From Nemertoderma westbladi (Eukaryota; Animalia; Xenacoelomorpha): DNA of 37,819 nucleotides. Made by a program: the position numbers and the translations under genes. Below are positions 1 to 12,400 of the stretch, one piece after another. The DNA is taken from the NCBI GenBank assembly GCA_032718475.1, contig JAUCBJ010000072.1, forward strand, positions 1 to 37,819. The letters run 5' to 3'. The number at the start of each line of letters is the position of its first letter. Within the stretch, counting starts at the first letter, position 1. The notes beneath the pieces were generated by a model. It ran no database searches. It saw only the letters and a program-made list of their open reading frames with translations, and was not told the origin of the DNA.

Positions 1-1619
1 ATCGCGCTTTATCAATAAGATGATAGCAAATGGGGTATCTTTGGGTTGTTGATATCATTATAAATGTAATGAAAGGGCAGTGGTGGTGTGACATTGATTT
101 TTGATGTGGTATAGTGATGTGTAGTTGATGTGGTAATCTGTTAATTGGGAGGGGAATAGTGTTTAGATGGATTGTTTTGTTGGGTATTTAGTAGAGATAT
201 TGTGCGTTATCATTATAGGTATAGAACCTTTATTAAATAGTAATAGTATTTATTACTAACTAATCCAATTTTATTCTGTTTTTCTGAAGTTGGGATGGTA
301 GTTTGAGCGTTTTAGAGAAAAAAAGTGGAAGATTTAGTTGGAAATTTGTTAGTTGGGTAGTGCGCTATGCTGTATCTTACCCATAGGTGCCCAGCCCAAC
401 ACCTACAGGGGGTATTTAAGGAATACCCTACCCTGGGTTAGATGTCTCTAGTGTTGCCACTAAAAGTTGCGGAACCCTATACCGCATGGAAATTAAAATC
501 CCTGAAAGTAAAAAATTTGGTAAAATGGGATGAAAGGGCCTGGAAATATGTAAATTAATGCAATTGAAATATTTCTGAAAAATATACATGAAAAAGAAGT
601 AAATATCAGCCATATTAATTGCCAATTTGTTCGTTAGTTTATATCATGCTAGATGAATTACAATCCCAGTATTTGTCAGATTTGTACAGTACCAATTATA
701 CCTTAATTTTTAACATGCATGAGTATGTAAGAGTATGTATTGACACTCGCGAAATGATAGGTGAGCATTGCAATTAATTTAGTAAAAGTTTTGAACAATA
801 TGTACAGTATTCCATTAAGTGAGATTATGACTGATATTCTCAGTAAATCATGCATTCGTCTTGCAAGCTTACCGCTTTAGTTGTATGATTCAACTTATCC
901 TGTTTTTTTTTGTATTGGGTACAATCTTTCAGATCGTAGGTGTGGGTGGGTGTCGCGGTGTGGGGTAGGGTAGTGGGTTGGTGTATGTTGATTTTATGTT
1001 CATTTTCGTCAGAGAGCGAGAGTGGGAGAGGTGATGAGTTGGGGCAGTTCCGCGGCAATAATAATACTGCCTCTCAATAAAGAGACCCCCTTTACTGCTA
1101 TCAGGGACGCGTTGTTCGACAGAGCCCCGTCAGCAAAAACAGCCAGTACCGCTAGTCGGTGGGGTTGACTTGTTGACGAGAGGCTATTTACAGGCGCATC
1201 GGTCAACCATTACTGACCGTTAACAGTTATTGTCTAACTAAAGATTATTAATTAAAATAAAGTTGCCTATCAAGAAATAAATAGTTTTAAAATATAAAAT
1301 TGATGAATTGAATATGAATTATCTAATACGTGGCTGTCGAATACAGAGATTATATTTATATATTTTATAGAATTGAAAATTATAGGGAATAGTTAAAAGT
1401 GTATCATGGTTATTCTAATCTATTTGTATTATCCTCCATATAACCAACCATTTCTAGTATTGATTCATACAGTACGTCTAATGTTCTAAGTCTAGAGAGT
1501 GTAATGTAATGTAATGTAAGGTAAGGTAAGGTGACGCTTGAAAGTCACAAGTGAATCGCATGTGAATTTTATGCGACTGAACGCAAGTTGTTGCGATATT
1601 TATGCGACTAACAGCTTAA

Positions 1620-2444
1620 GGGGGGTATCACCCCAAGCGACTGCAAAATTTTCAAATTTCTGAAAATTTTTGAAATTTTTTTTCTTCTACTTTTGTGGTT
1701 TCATAGAAGGGCTTTCATGTGGTGACATCGGTTTTTACGATTGAATAATTTTCAACCACAAAACAGAACTTTTCAACAACATAATTTATTGATTATATTC
1801 ATGACTCTCCGTATAAAACAACCTTTTTCTCAGTTTGCAGATTTTGACATTTATCATCACTAAATTCCCTACAACTTCTTTATTTTTCACTCAATTTTTA
1901 TAAAACATATACCAAAATGTTCAGCTTCTATAGGGCTACAATCGGGAGTATTAGTTTTGTAAAATATGTCCATTTGGATGTTCTAGGATCTAAAGTTTAG
2001 GATCTAAAGTCTAGGATTAAAGTTCTATGATCCATTATGTAACTGCTTCTCTTTGTCTATCTCAAAATATGTGATGCCCGAAATATAGCCCGAACATACT
2101 AAAGCCTCATATAAATTTTTCAAAAACAATAATTTTGTGTTGAAATTTTCACAGAAGATAGCCTACATTTCCTAAGTTCATTGGGCCAAACTCTTGGCCC
2201 GAGAAGTGCAACCCATTTGGTACTACAGATCCTTCTACATAAGATATTTATCATAAAAATCCTCAAAATCTTTTCAAATTTTGAAATAATCGACTTGCAC
2301 AAAATGTCCCAAATTTTTCGAACAAAATGGTTTGTGAAGGTATCCATACTCAGTTGTCTTTGTTAAAGATCACAGATAATTGTGTTAAAGTTTCAGAACA
2401 GTAGCTATAAAAATAAAAAAAAAAGATTTGGGGTGATACCCCCC
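1620..2444. mobile_element. Non-autonomous DNA transposon (MITE), Kolobok-like
   Basis: 17-bp perfect TIR GGGGGGTATCACCCCAA / TTGGGGTGATACCCCCC, flanked by TTAA at 1616-1619 and 2445-2448. Purine-purine termini favour Kolobok over piggyBac. Confidence 0.85.
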
Positions 2445-2674
2445 TTAACGCAATTTAACACAAAGCGATATTTATGTGACATAACTCAAGTAGGTCGCTT
2501 GCGTAACCTGGTAAAGGGTCGCCCATAACTCTTGGGAATCACATCAGATACGCCAGCGTTGCACGCTTGCGATACGCTTGCGCACTTTTCACTGGGATAA
2601 GATACATACTGTATCATTTAACAACAATTCCTATACATGGTAAATGTGAAGTTGAAGTTTATGAGATTGTCAAT

Positions 2675-2935
2675 ATGGAGTGAGGAACGCCACATACTGA
2701 CATACCGGTACTCTACGTGGGCTTATTTTGTTCCATTCAGCCATTAGACAAGGGTTGGATGGGAGTGAGGAACGCCCCATACAGCCATACTCTAACTCTA
2801 CTGCTCTGTGGGCTTATTTTGTTCCATCATCCATTAGACAAGGGTTGGATGGGGATGATGGGAGTGAGGAACGCCTGAACGCCCCATATTCGATTGCTAA
2901 CTGCTCTACGTGGGTTTATTTTGTTCCGGGGATTA
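2675..2935. repeat. About 90-bp tandem repeat, 3 degenerate copies
   Basis: GGAGTGAGGAACGCC...GTGGGCTTATTTTGTTCC recurs three times. Confidence 0.8.
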
Positions 2936-3279
2936 GACTTTGTTCAACTCTGTAACACTAAACAGTAAACACTAAATAAAATACATTATAAATGTTATTT
3001 TATGTTCTATTACCAGATTACCGGTACTGCGGTATCTGATTGTTTTTTTCATGGTCTTTCAATGTTCTTTTACCGTATATCAAGGAACAAATCAGTTTCT
3101 AAAAAATTGTTCTTTTAACATCCCTGCTGAATAGGGACTGTAGCTCGTAGCTGTAGCGTAGGCCTAGATCTCTAACCTCGCTAATCCAGTAATCCAATAG
3201 GCAAATATGCTGATATGCCCCTAATCGCAAACCAACCCGTAACCTGATCCTGATATAAATTTTAATATTTTCTGCTCAC

Positions 3280-3409
3280 CTTTCTCTAAAGTTGGAAGAT
3301 CATTTAATGTTTTCTTCTTTTTATCGCCTCCTCCACTGTTGGAATATGACTTATCTTTCTTAGAATCTCCGACCTTTTGCCACTGCTGTCCGCTAGAAAT
3401 TCCAGGCAT
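3280..3409 (-). CDS. Probable first coding exon of a neighbouring gene (TMEM214-like N-terminus)
   Basis: Good start context AACGCCATG. MPGISSGQQWQKVGDSKKDKSYSNSGGGDKKKKTLNDLPTLEK followed by a strong donor AAG|gtgagc (phase 1). The WxxV plus Lys-rich pattern recalls TMEM214, from memory only. Confidence 0.5.
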
Positions 3410-3789
3410 GGCGTTATTTGTTATTGAGAGTGAGAATACGAAATTTAATTGTGTACCGGTAATATCTGAATAGGGCCTATCGGTCTGTCGGTGTCGATGG
3501 CGTGGCTGTGGTGTTGGTGTGCTGGTGTGGGGTGATCGTTGTTTTGATAGCGAAATTAAGTTGGTTTGCACGTACCGGTACTGACTGACAGACTTATTAG
3601 GCCTACACTACAGTACTACGGCATTACTACCTACTACTCGTGTCTGACAGTTGACAGTACCGTACCGTACCGTAATACAGTAATATCGGTACACGGTAGG
3701 CCTACGGCAGTACGGGTACAGGCAGACAGGGGTGGTATGATATTACCAGTCGCGGTCGGTCGCGGTCGGTCGCGGTCAGTCCGTAGTCC

Positions 3790-3845
3790 GGGTAAATCTT
3801 TTCGACCTACGCGTAGGCCTACGCGTAGGTCGAAAAGATTTACCC
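3790..3845. repeat. 56-bp perfect palindrome with no spacer
   Basis: GGGTAAATCTTTTCGACCTACGCGTAGG|CCTACGCGTAGGTCGAAAAGATTTACCC. Confidence 0.97.
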
Positions 3846-3887
3846 CTAAAATAAGACCATACGGTAGGTTCAATAAACAACCCACAA

Positions 3888-5190
3888 CCATCAAATGCTT
3901 TCAACAGTAATGCATCCTATACCTGTATACTCTATATAGAGGAATACGCTAAGACTACATATTCTTCACTTCATGCGTTGCGGGTGCTAAAATGTGTTAC
4001 CGGTAATAATGTTGAGAGTTAAAAAATAGTTTACAAAGGAAATAGGCCGATGGTTCTTATCGATTCTGTATGCTTTTTATTGCCTGTGTTCACGATAGGG
4101 CAAGGATATATTTAATGTTAACCCCTTGACAAGGGAAGGGGGAGACTAAATTGTCTACCATGATTGGTTGCACTTGTTATTTGATCAAACAATTGAATTT
4201 ATGCAGTATTTATCAGCTTTCGCTTAACCACTTCACTGATAGATTGGTAGCTTACTACTGTAGAATATTTCAATAATCCAATGGAAACAAAGATACTTGA
4301 ATCATGAGACGTGAATTTTAAGTCTACTTTTTATTCATCCTGTGTTTGTATGTGAAAGAGCCGAATATTATTTATTACCAGTGCTGTATGTAGAGATATG
4401 AGTTTCCGATTCTGTTATTCCTTGTCTGATAATCAGATACCTGACATATACCGATACTTGCCTAACAACTCAACCCTACCGGACCTGAAATGAAAAATCA
4501 TTGTTATCAGGACTGCTACGCGTAGCACCTACGCGTAGCAGTCCTGATAACAATGATTTTTCATTTCAGGTCCGGTAGGGTTGAGTTGTTCGGCAAGTAT
4601 CGGTATATGTCAGGTATCTGATTATCAGACAAATGTAATAACAGAATCGGAAACTCATATCTCTACATACAGCACTGGTAATAAATAATATTCGGCTCTT
4701 TCACATACATACACAGAGGATGAATAAAAAGTAAACTTAAAATTCACGTCTCATGATTCAAGTATCTTTGTTTCCATTGGATTATTTAAATATTGAATAG
4801 TAGTAAATAAAGCGACCAGTCTACTGGTGAAGAGGTTAAGCGAAAGCTGATAAATACTGCATATAATCAAATTGTTTGGTCAAATCGTCAAATCGATTGG
4901 TGCAACCAATCATGGTCGACAATTTAGTCTCCCCCTTCCCTTGTCAAGGGGTTAACATATTAAATACAGTATATCCTTGCCCTATCGTGAACAAAGGCAA
5001 TAAAAAGCATAGAGAATCGATAAGAACCATCGGCCTATTTCCTTTGTAAACTATTTTTGAACTCTAAACATTAATTATGAACACATTTTACCGCCCGCAA
5101 CGCATGAAGTGAAGAATATGTAGTTTTCGCGTATTCCTCTATATAGAGTATACAGGTATAGGATACATTACTGTTGAAAGCATTTGATGG
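3888..5190. repeat. About 1.3-kb near-perfect palindrome
   Basis: CCATCAAATGCTTTCAACAGTAATG at 3888 mirrors ...CATTACTGTTGAAAGCATTTGATGG ending at 5190. The arms stay alignable to a 3-nt loop (CAC, 4526-4528). Confidence 0.95.
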
Positions 5191-5324
5191 ACTATGAGAT
5201 AGAATTCCATATGCGCCTGTGGTAAAAGACTCTAAATTTAATAGTTTGTGGTTGTTGTCGATAATCGATTACCACATGACGTAGCAAAACACTCATTTTA
5301 TAGCCAAAAACAATTACCAATTGA

Positions 5325-5916
5325 TGGAAAGGATGAGCAGGTTAAGGCCGGATTTTCTAACCAAAACAATAAACAGTCACTTTACCAAATCAGGGAAAGG
5401 AGCAGGTTACAGAGGCGGGATTTTCTAACCAAAACAATAAACGATCATTTAACTAATTGAGGGAAAGGAGCAGGTTACAGAGACGGGATTTTCTAACGAA
5501 AACAATAAACGATAACATTACCAATTGAGAGAAAGGAGCAGGTTACAGATGCGGGATTTTCTAACCAAAACAATAAACAGTCACTTTACCAAATCAGGGA
5601 AAGGAGCAGGTTACAGAGACGGGATTTTCTAACCAAAACAATAAACGATAACATTACCAATTGAGAGAAAGGAGCAGGTTACAGAGTCGGGATTTCCTAA
5701 CCAAAACAATAAACGATCACTTAATTAATTGAGGGAAAGGGGCAGGTTACAGAGGCGGGATTTTCTAACCAAAACAATAAACAGTCACTTTACAAAATGA
5801 AGTAAAGGAGCAGGTTACAGAGGCGGGTCTTTCTAACCAAAACAATAAACGGTCACTTTACCAAATCAGGCAAAGGAGCAGGTTACAGATGAGGCGGGAT
5901 TTTCTAACCAAAACAA
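5325..5916. repeat. About 68-bp tandem repeat, 8-9 copies
   Basis: Recurrent GAAAGGAGCAGGTTACAGAGGCGGGATTTTCTAACCAAAACAATAAAC. Confidence 0.93.
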
Positions 5917-6231
5917 CCGGTCAGCCGGTAGGCCTACCAGTACCGTATTTAAATGGTAGGCTACACAGTAGGCCTACAGCAGTACCGGTGCCGGTACCGG
6001 TACTAAAATACAGAAATGCCTGCTTTATACCTACATCTGTACATACAATACAGGAAAATAGTGCTATATATACTAATACCGGTACTGATAACCTGAGAGA
6101 ACAGCAGTAGAGAAACCGGTAGCTGGAACCTAACATTAGATTTTTGGAGGACATAGAAAATGAAAAAAAAGGACAAAAAAAGGATTTAAACGGACAATAA
6201 AAATTATTGCGTATAAATTATGGCTCCCCGG

Positions 6232-7878
6232 CTTTAGATCCCAGAGCACCTTAGATCCTGAACGAACTTAGATCTTGGGTGAACTTAGATCCTTCCCATA
6301 CGAACTTAGATCCTTCCCATACGAACTTAGATCCTTCCCATACGAACTTAGATCCTTCCCATACGAACTTAGATCCTTCCCATACGAACTTAGATCCTTC
6401 CCATACGAACTTAGATCCTTCCCATACGACCTAAGATCCTTCCCATACGAACTTAGATCCTTTACTATACGAACTTAGATCCATCCCATACGAACTTAGA
6501 TCCTTCCCATACGAACTTAGATCCTTCCCATACGAACTTAGATCCTTCCCATACGAACTTAGATCCTTCCCATACGAACTTAGATCCTTCCCATACGAAC
6601 TTAGATCCTTCCCATACGACCTAAGATCCTTCCCATACGAACTTAGATCCTTTACTATACGAACTTAGATCCATCCCATACGAACTTAGATCCTTTCCCA
6701 TACGAACTTAGATCCTTTCCCATACGAACTTAGATCCTTACTGTAAATATTATCACGCTTGAAGGGAAGCGAACTTAGATCCTACCACCAATACATTGCA
6801 ACAAATTAGCTATTAATTTGCAAATTATAGTTTGTAAGCGAGTCACTGATCCCAACAACTTGAGTGTATGATCATTAGAAGTATTTTGTATATGCTTAAT
6901 ATGCCTACAGTAATTGTCATGAACGGGAGGTTGGTTTCTTGGAATATTCTTCCAGATCGTTTGAACCGCCCATGATCAGATTTAAAACTCAATAATATAA
7001 TTATATCTTTCTCTACAGTAATTTAATAATTGACTTATTATTTACAAAAGGACACAAAGAATGTTACAGCAACAATTAATAACAATATCACCATCACCTC
7101 ACTAACACTAATGTCTTCCTATTATTGTATTACGGAACTAATTGACCTTTTTAATTAGGACGATCAGCAGGAGCATTTCTTTAAAATAAAGAGGTTATTC
7201 TAATAGCGTTGAACAAACATAAGATAGTTAATAATATAGACAATACTGTATGTATATCAATAATATAATATATAAGTTGAGATCAACAACAGTAACTGTA
7301 CTACAGTATATATGAACATTAACTAACATTAAATTATGAACGAAATCAAACTTTATTTCCCTTCACTTGAATATATTTTATGACAATAATATTGTATAAT
7401 AAGTATCAAATCAAATTCATCTCTCATTCTGTCATTCTCAGTATAATAATAATAACTATAGGGTCTAAACTTTTAAGGCGTACTAAAAAGGACCATGATG
7501 TGCCATGATGGTGGCCGAGTGGATCTAGGTGAACTTAGATCCTAAGGATTTAAGTTCACCTAGTTAGGATCTAAGTTCACCTAGTTAGGATCTAAGTTCA
7601 CAGAGTTAGGATCTAAGTTCACCTAGTTAGGATCTAAGTTCACCGAGTTAGGATCTAAGTTCACCTAGTTAGGATCTAAGTTCACCTAGTTAGGATCTAA
7701 GTTCACCGAGTTAGGATCTAAGTTCACCTAGCTAGGATCTAAGTTCACCTAGTTAGGATCTAAGTTCACCTAGTTGGGATCTAAGTTCACCTAGTTAGGA
7801 TCTAAGTTCACCCAGATAGGATCTATGTTCGCAAAGATCTAAGTTCATCAAAGTCAGGCCTTGAAGGATCTAAGTTCG
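6232..7878. mobile_element. Foldback-like element with two inverted 21-bp arrays
   Basis: Left array (GAACTTAGATCCTTCCCATAC)n at about 6281-6738; right array (GGATCTAAGTTCACCTAGTTA)n at about 7521-7878. They share the core GAACTTAGATCC in opposite orientation around an AT-rich spacer. No TSD found. Confidence 0.65.
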
Positions 7879-9065
7879 TTTTACCATTCCATTCCGCCAT
7901 TGTACACAGTAGTGTTGTAGGCCTATAATAATAATTATGATACATACAGCGCTGCAGCGGTAATTTAATGCATCTAAAAAATTTCCGTAGTATTTAGCTA
8001 ATTTGCAAATGTAATCACTTAAAATGTTTTTAAAAAATAATCCCGACGGTGAAAGTTTTTATTCTTTTTCGAGTTACATCCATAAAAACAAAAAAAACAA
8101 CCCCTTCTGTCACGTCACGTCTTGTCTCTTGGGGGCCTTCTGAGCCTCCTGCTGTCCTGCCATTTTAGTGTTGAATTTACAACTTAAAAGTTTAATTAAA
8201 AAAAAAAGTTTTAAATTTCAACTCAGTTGAAATTTGAACTTCTCTCCGACTCGCCGACTGCAATACAGCAATAATAGAGCCTACTGCTGTTCGAATGCCG
8301 CGCATTAATCTGGGTTCTTCGAATATTATTGAATTAGGCTTCAATGTTTACTTCTTTCTTTCTAAATTGTTATCGTTCTTTCTTTTTTCTGAGTTTCCCA
8401 ACAGTGTTAATATAAAGTAATGTAAAGTATCGCAATAGATGAATTTTATTTTTAATACACACTGAGATATTAGGCATAAATTTAAACTGATGCTTTTAAC
8501 AATCTTATATATTATTTAGGGCCTATATTTATCTCAATAGTTTTCTCTTGTAATTGAACAATTTAAGCCAGCATACATTTACTCACAGTATACACATAAA
8601 GACACCTAAAATATAAGAGTATGAAAAAGCAAATTCATGTTAGCCTCCGAAGTTGCGCAATCAATCAGTGACCAACAGATATCCTTGTAAACTATTTACC
8701 ACCATTAATCTGTACGTATTAGGCCTATATTATTTAACAGGCCAGTTTATCATTAAGAAATTTAGTTTAGTTATGTTGATGATGCTACCCAATTTTTTCA
8801 TTATTTTACCGTTACGCATTTTAATGTCTTATCTTTATATGATTGCCCATTCGATTACTCGTTTCACGCAATGACTGGGAGAAACATTTACTTTTTCATT
8901 CTCTTAATAATATTATAGAACAATAATAAATAACAAATTAAAATAGGGGGTAAAGTAAATAAATCTATGTTCGGGTTTCAACACTACGCGGTGTATGACC
9001 GAGGAAATAGCCATATTGCAAATAAACCTTATCGATGAAGTGCCCTTCTGGGTGGCACGAGTTTT

Positions 9066-9275
9066 TCAAATTGTTTTCGCGTTATTATATGCGGCTTTAA
9101 CTCCCCCATCATAGGTTGTATCTGTATAAGAAAATCGTTCAAAGTATGGTTGTTCTAGAATATCGTCGAGTGCGCCGGTTGGCGGGGTTAGCTGCACTGG
9201 TTCACCGGTAAAATCATCGTCAAAGTAGCGGACATCTAAAGCTGACGCCAGCCGAGGAATAAATGGAGGTGTAAC
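9066..9275 (-). CDS. AKT: AKT last coding exon: AGC C-terminal tail
   Basis: tttaatag|GTT. VTPPFIPRLASALDVRYFDDDFTGEPVQLTPPTGALDDILEQPYFERFSYTDTTYDGGVKAAYNNAKTI*, with turn motif TPP and hydrophobic motif FERFSY. Confidence 0.95.
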   Translation of the reverse strand, partial: VTPPFIPRLASALDVRYFDDDFTGEPVQLTPPTGALDDILEQPYFERFSYTDTTYDGGVKAAYNNAKTI

Positions 9276-9483
9276 CTATTAAACATGAACAAACAAAAAT
9301 AATGAAAATTTTTGGTGGCTGCACGTTGCTACAATGTCTAGTGCATAACCTTTACAGTACGTTTCAACTACAAGAGCGACACTAACACATTAATTCTTCT
9401 AAAATAACTTATATAATATTTAAAATATGTTTATATTTATTATACATACTGTATAGGACTCATGAAATATCGCAAGATGATTC

Positions 9484-12400
9484 ATGATCTGGAGTGAGAA
9501 TAATGATCTGGGAGTGAGTATAATGATCTGGGAGTGAGAATAATGATCTGGGAGTGAGAATATTGATCTGGAATGATAATAATGATCTGGGTGTGAGTAT
9601 ATTGATCTGGAAGTGAGAATAATGATCTGGGAGTGAGAATAATAAATCTAGAAGCGAGAATAATGATCTAGGAGTGAGAATAATGATCTGGGAATGATAA
9701 TGATGATCTGGGAGTGAGTATAATGATCTAGGGAGTGAGAATAATATCTGGGAGTTAGTATAATGATCTGGGAGTGAGAATAATGATCTGAGAGTGAGAA
9801 TAATGATCTGGGAGTGATAATAATGATCTGGGATTGATAATAATGATCTGGAAGTGAGTATAATGGTCTGGGAGTGAGTATAACGATTTGGGAGTGAGAA
9901 TAATGATCTGAGAGTGAGAATAATGATCAAGGAGTTAGAATAATGATCTGGGATTGAGAGTAATGATCTGGGAGTGAGTATAATGATCTGGTAGTGTGTA
10001 AATGATGTGGGAGTGAGTAAATGATCTGGGAGTGAGAATAATGATCTGGGAGTGAGAATAATGATCTGGTAGTGAGAATAATTATCTGGGAGTGAGTATG
10101 ATCCGGGAGTGAATATAATGATCTGGGAGTGAGAATAATTATCTGGGAGTGAGTATGATCCGGGTGTGAGAATAATGATCTGGGAGTGAGAGTAATGATC
10201 TGAGAGTGAGTAAATGATATGTGGGTGAGAATAATTATCTGGGTGTGAATATAATGATCTGGGAGTGAGTATAATGATCTGGGAGTAAGTAAATGATCTG
10301 GAAGGAGTGCGTATAATGATCTGGGGGTGAGTATAATGATCTGGAAGTGAATATAATAATCTGGGAGTGAGAATAATGATCTGGGAGTGAGAATAATGAT
10401 GTGGGAGTGAGAATAATGACCTGGGAGTGAGAATAATGATCTGTGAGTGAATATAATGATATGGGAGTGAGAATAATGATATGGGAGTGAGACTATTGAC
10501 ATGGGAGTGAGAATAATGATCTGGGAGTGAATATAATGATCTTTGAGTGAGAATAATGATCTTGGAGTGAGAATAATGATCTGAGAGTGAGTGAGAATAA
10601 TGATCTGGGAGTGAGAATAATCACATGGGAGTGAGAATAATGATCTGGGAGTGAATATAATAATCTGGGAGTGAGAATAATGACATGGGAGGGAGTGAGA
10701 ATATTGGCCAGGGAGTAAAAATAATGATCTGGGAGTGAGTATAATGATCTGAGAGTGAGAATAATGACCTGGGATTGATAATAATGATCTGGGTGTGAGA
10801 ATAATGATCTGGGATTAAGAATAATGATCTGGTACTGAATGGATGATCTGTGAGTGAGAGCAATGATCTGGGTGTGAGAATAGTGATCTGGGAGTGAGAA
10901 TAATGACCTGGGAGTTAATATAATGATCTGGAAGTAAGAATAATGATCTGGGAGTGAGTAAATGATCTGTGTGTGAGAATAATGATCTGGGAGTGAGAAT
11001 AATGATCTGGGAGTGGAATAATTATCTGGGAGTGATAATAATGATCTGAGAGTGAGAATAATGATCTAGGAGTGATAATAATGATCTGGGAGTGAGTATA
11101 ATAATATGGGAGTGATAATGATGATTTGGGAGTGAGTATAATGATCTGGGTGTTAGAATAATGATCTGGGAGTGGGTATAATGATCTGGTAGTGAGAATA
11201 ATGATCTGGGAGCGAGTATAATGATCTGGGAGTCAGAATAATGACCTGGAAGTGAGAATAATGATCTGGGAGTGAATATACTGATCTGGGAGTGAATATA
11301 ATGATCTTGAAGTAAGAATAATGATCTGGGAGTGAGTAAATGATCTATGTGTGAGAATAAAGATCTGGGAGTGAGAATAATGATCTGGGAGTGGAATAAT
11401 TATCTGGGAGTGATAATAATGATATGAGAGTTAGAATAATGACATGGGAGGGAGTGAGAATATTGACCTGGGAGTGATAATAATGATCTGGGAGCGAGTA
11501 TAACGAGCTGGGAGTGAGAATAATGATCTGCGATTGAGAATAATGATCTGGGTGTGAGAATAATGATCTGGGATTGAGAATAATGATTTGGGAGTGAGAA
11601 TAATGATCTGGGAGTGAATATAATGATCTGGAAGTAAGAATAATGATCTGGGAGTGAGTAAATGATCCAGGAGTGATAATAATGATCAGGGAGTGAGTAA
11701 ATGATCTATGTGTGAGAATAAAGATCTGGGAGTGAGAATAATGATCTGGGAGTGAGTAAATGATCTATGTGTGAGAATAAAGATCTGGGAGTGAGAATAA
11801 TGATCTGGGAGTGGAATAATTATCTGGGAGTAATAATAATGATCTGAGAGTGAGAATAATGATCCAGGAGTGATAATAATGATCAGGGAGTGAGTATAAT
11901 GATATGGGAGTGAGAATGATGATCTGGGAGTGAGTATACTGATCTGGGAGTAAGTATAATGATCTGGGAGTGAGTATAATGATCTGGGTGTTAGAATAAT
12001 GATCTGGGAGTGGGTATAATGATCTGGTAGTGAGAATAATGATTTGGGAGTGGGTATTATGATCTGGTAGTGAGAATAATGATCTGGTAGTGAGTGGATG
12101 ATCTGGGAGTGAGAGCAATGATCTGGGAGGAGTGAGTATAATGATCTGGGAGTGAGTGGGAGTGAGTATAATGATCTGGAAGTGAATATAATAATCTGGG
12201 AGTGAGATTAATGATCTGGGAGTGAGAATAATGATGTGGGAGTGAGAATAACGACCTGGGAGTGAGAATAATGACATGGGAGTGTGCATATTGACCTGGG
12301 AGTGATAATAATGATCTGGGAGTGAATATAATGATCTGGGAGTGAGAATAATAACATGTGAGGAAGTGAGAATATTGACCCGGGAGTGAGAATAATGATC

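Noticed and set aside
6275-6478. ELRSFPY-repeat ORF
   Set aside because: Translation of the 21-bp array in the foldback-like element.
5325-7878. CRISPR-like appearance of the periodic repeats
   Set aside because: The intervening sequences are repeated rather than unique spacers, there are no cas genes, and the context is a spliced eukaryotic locus.
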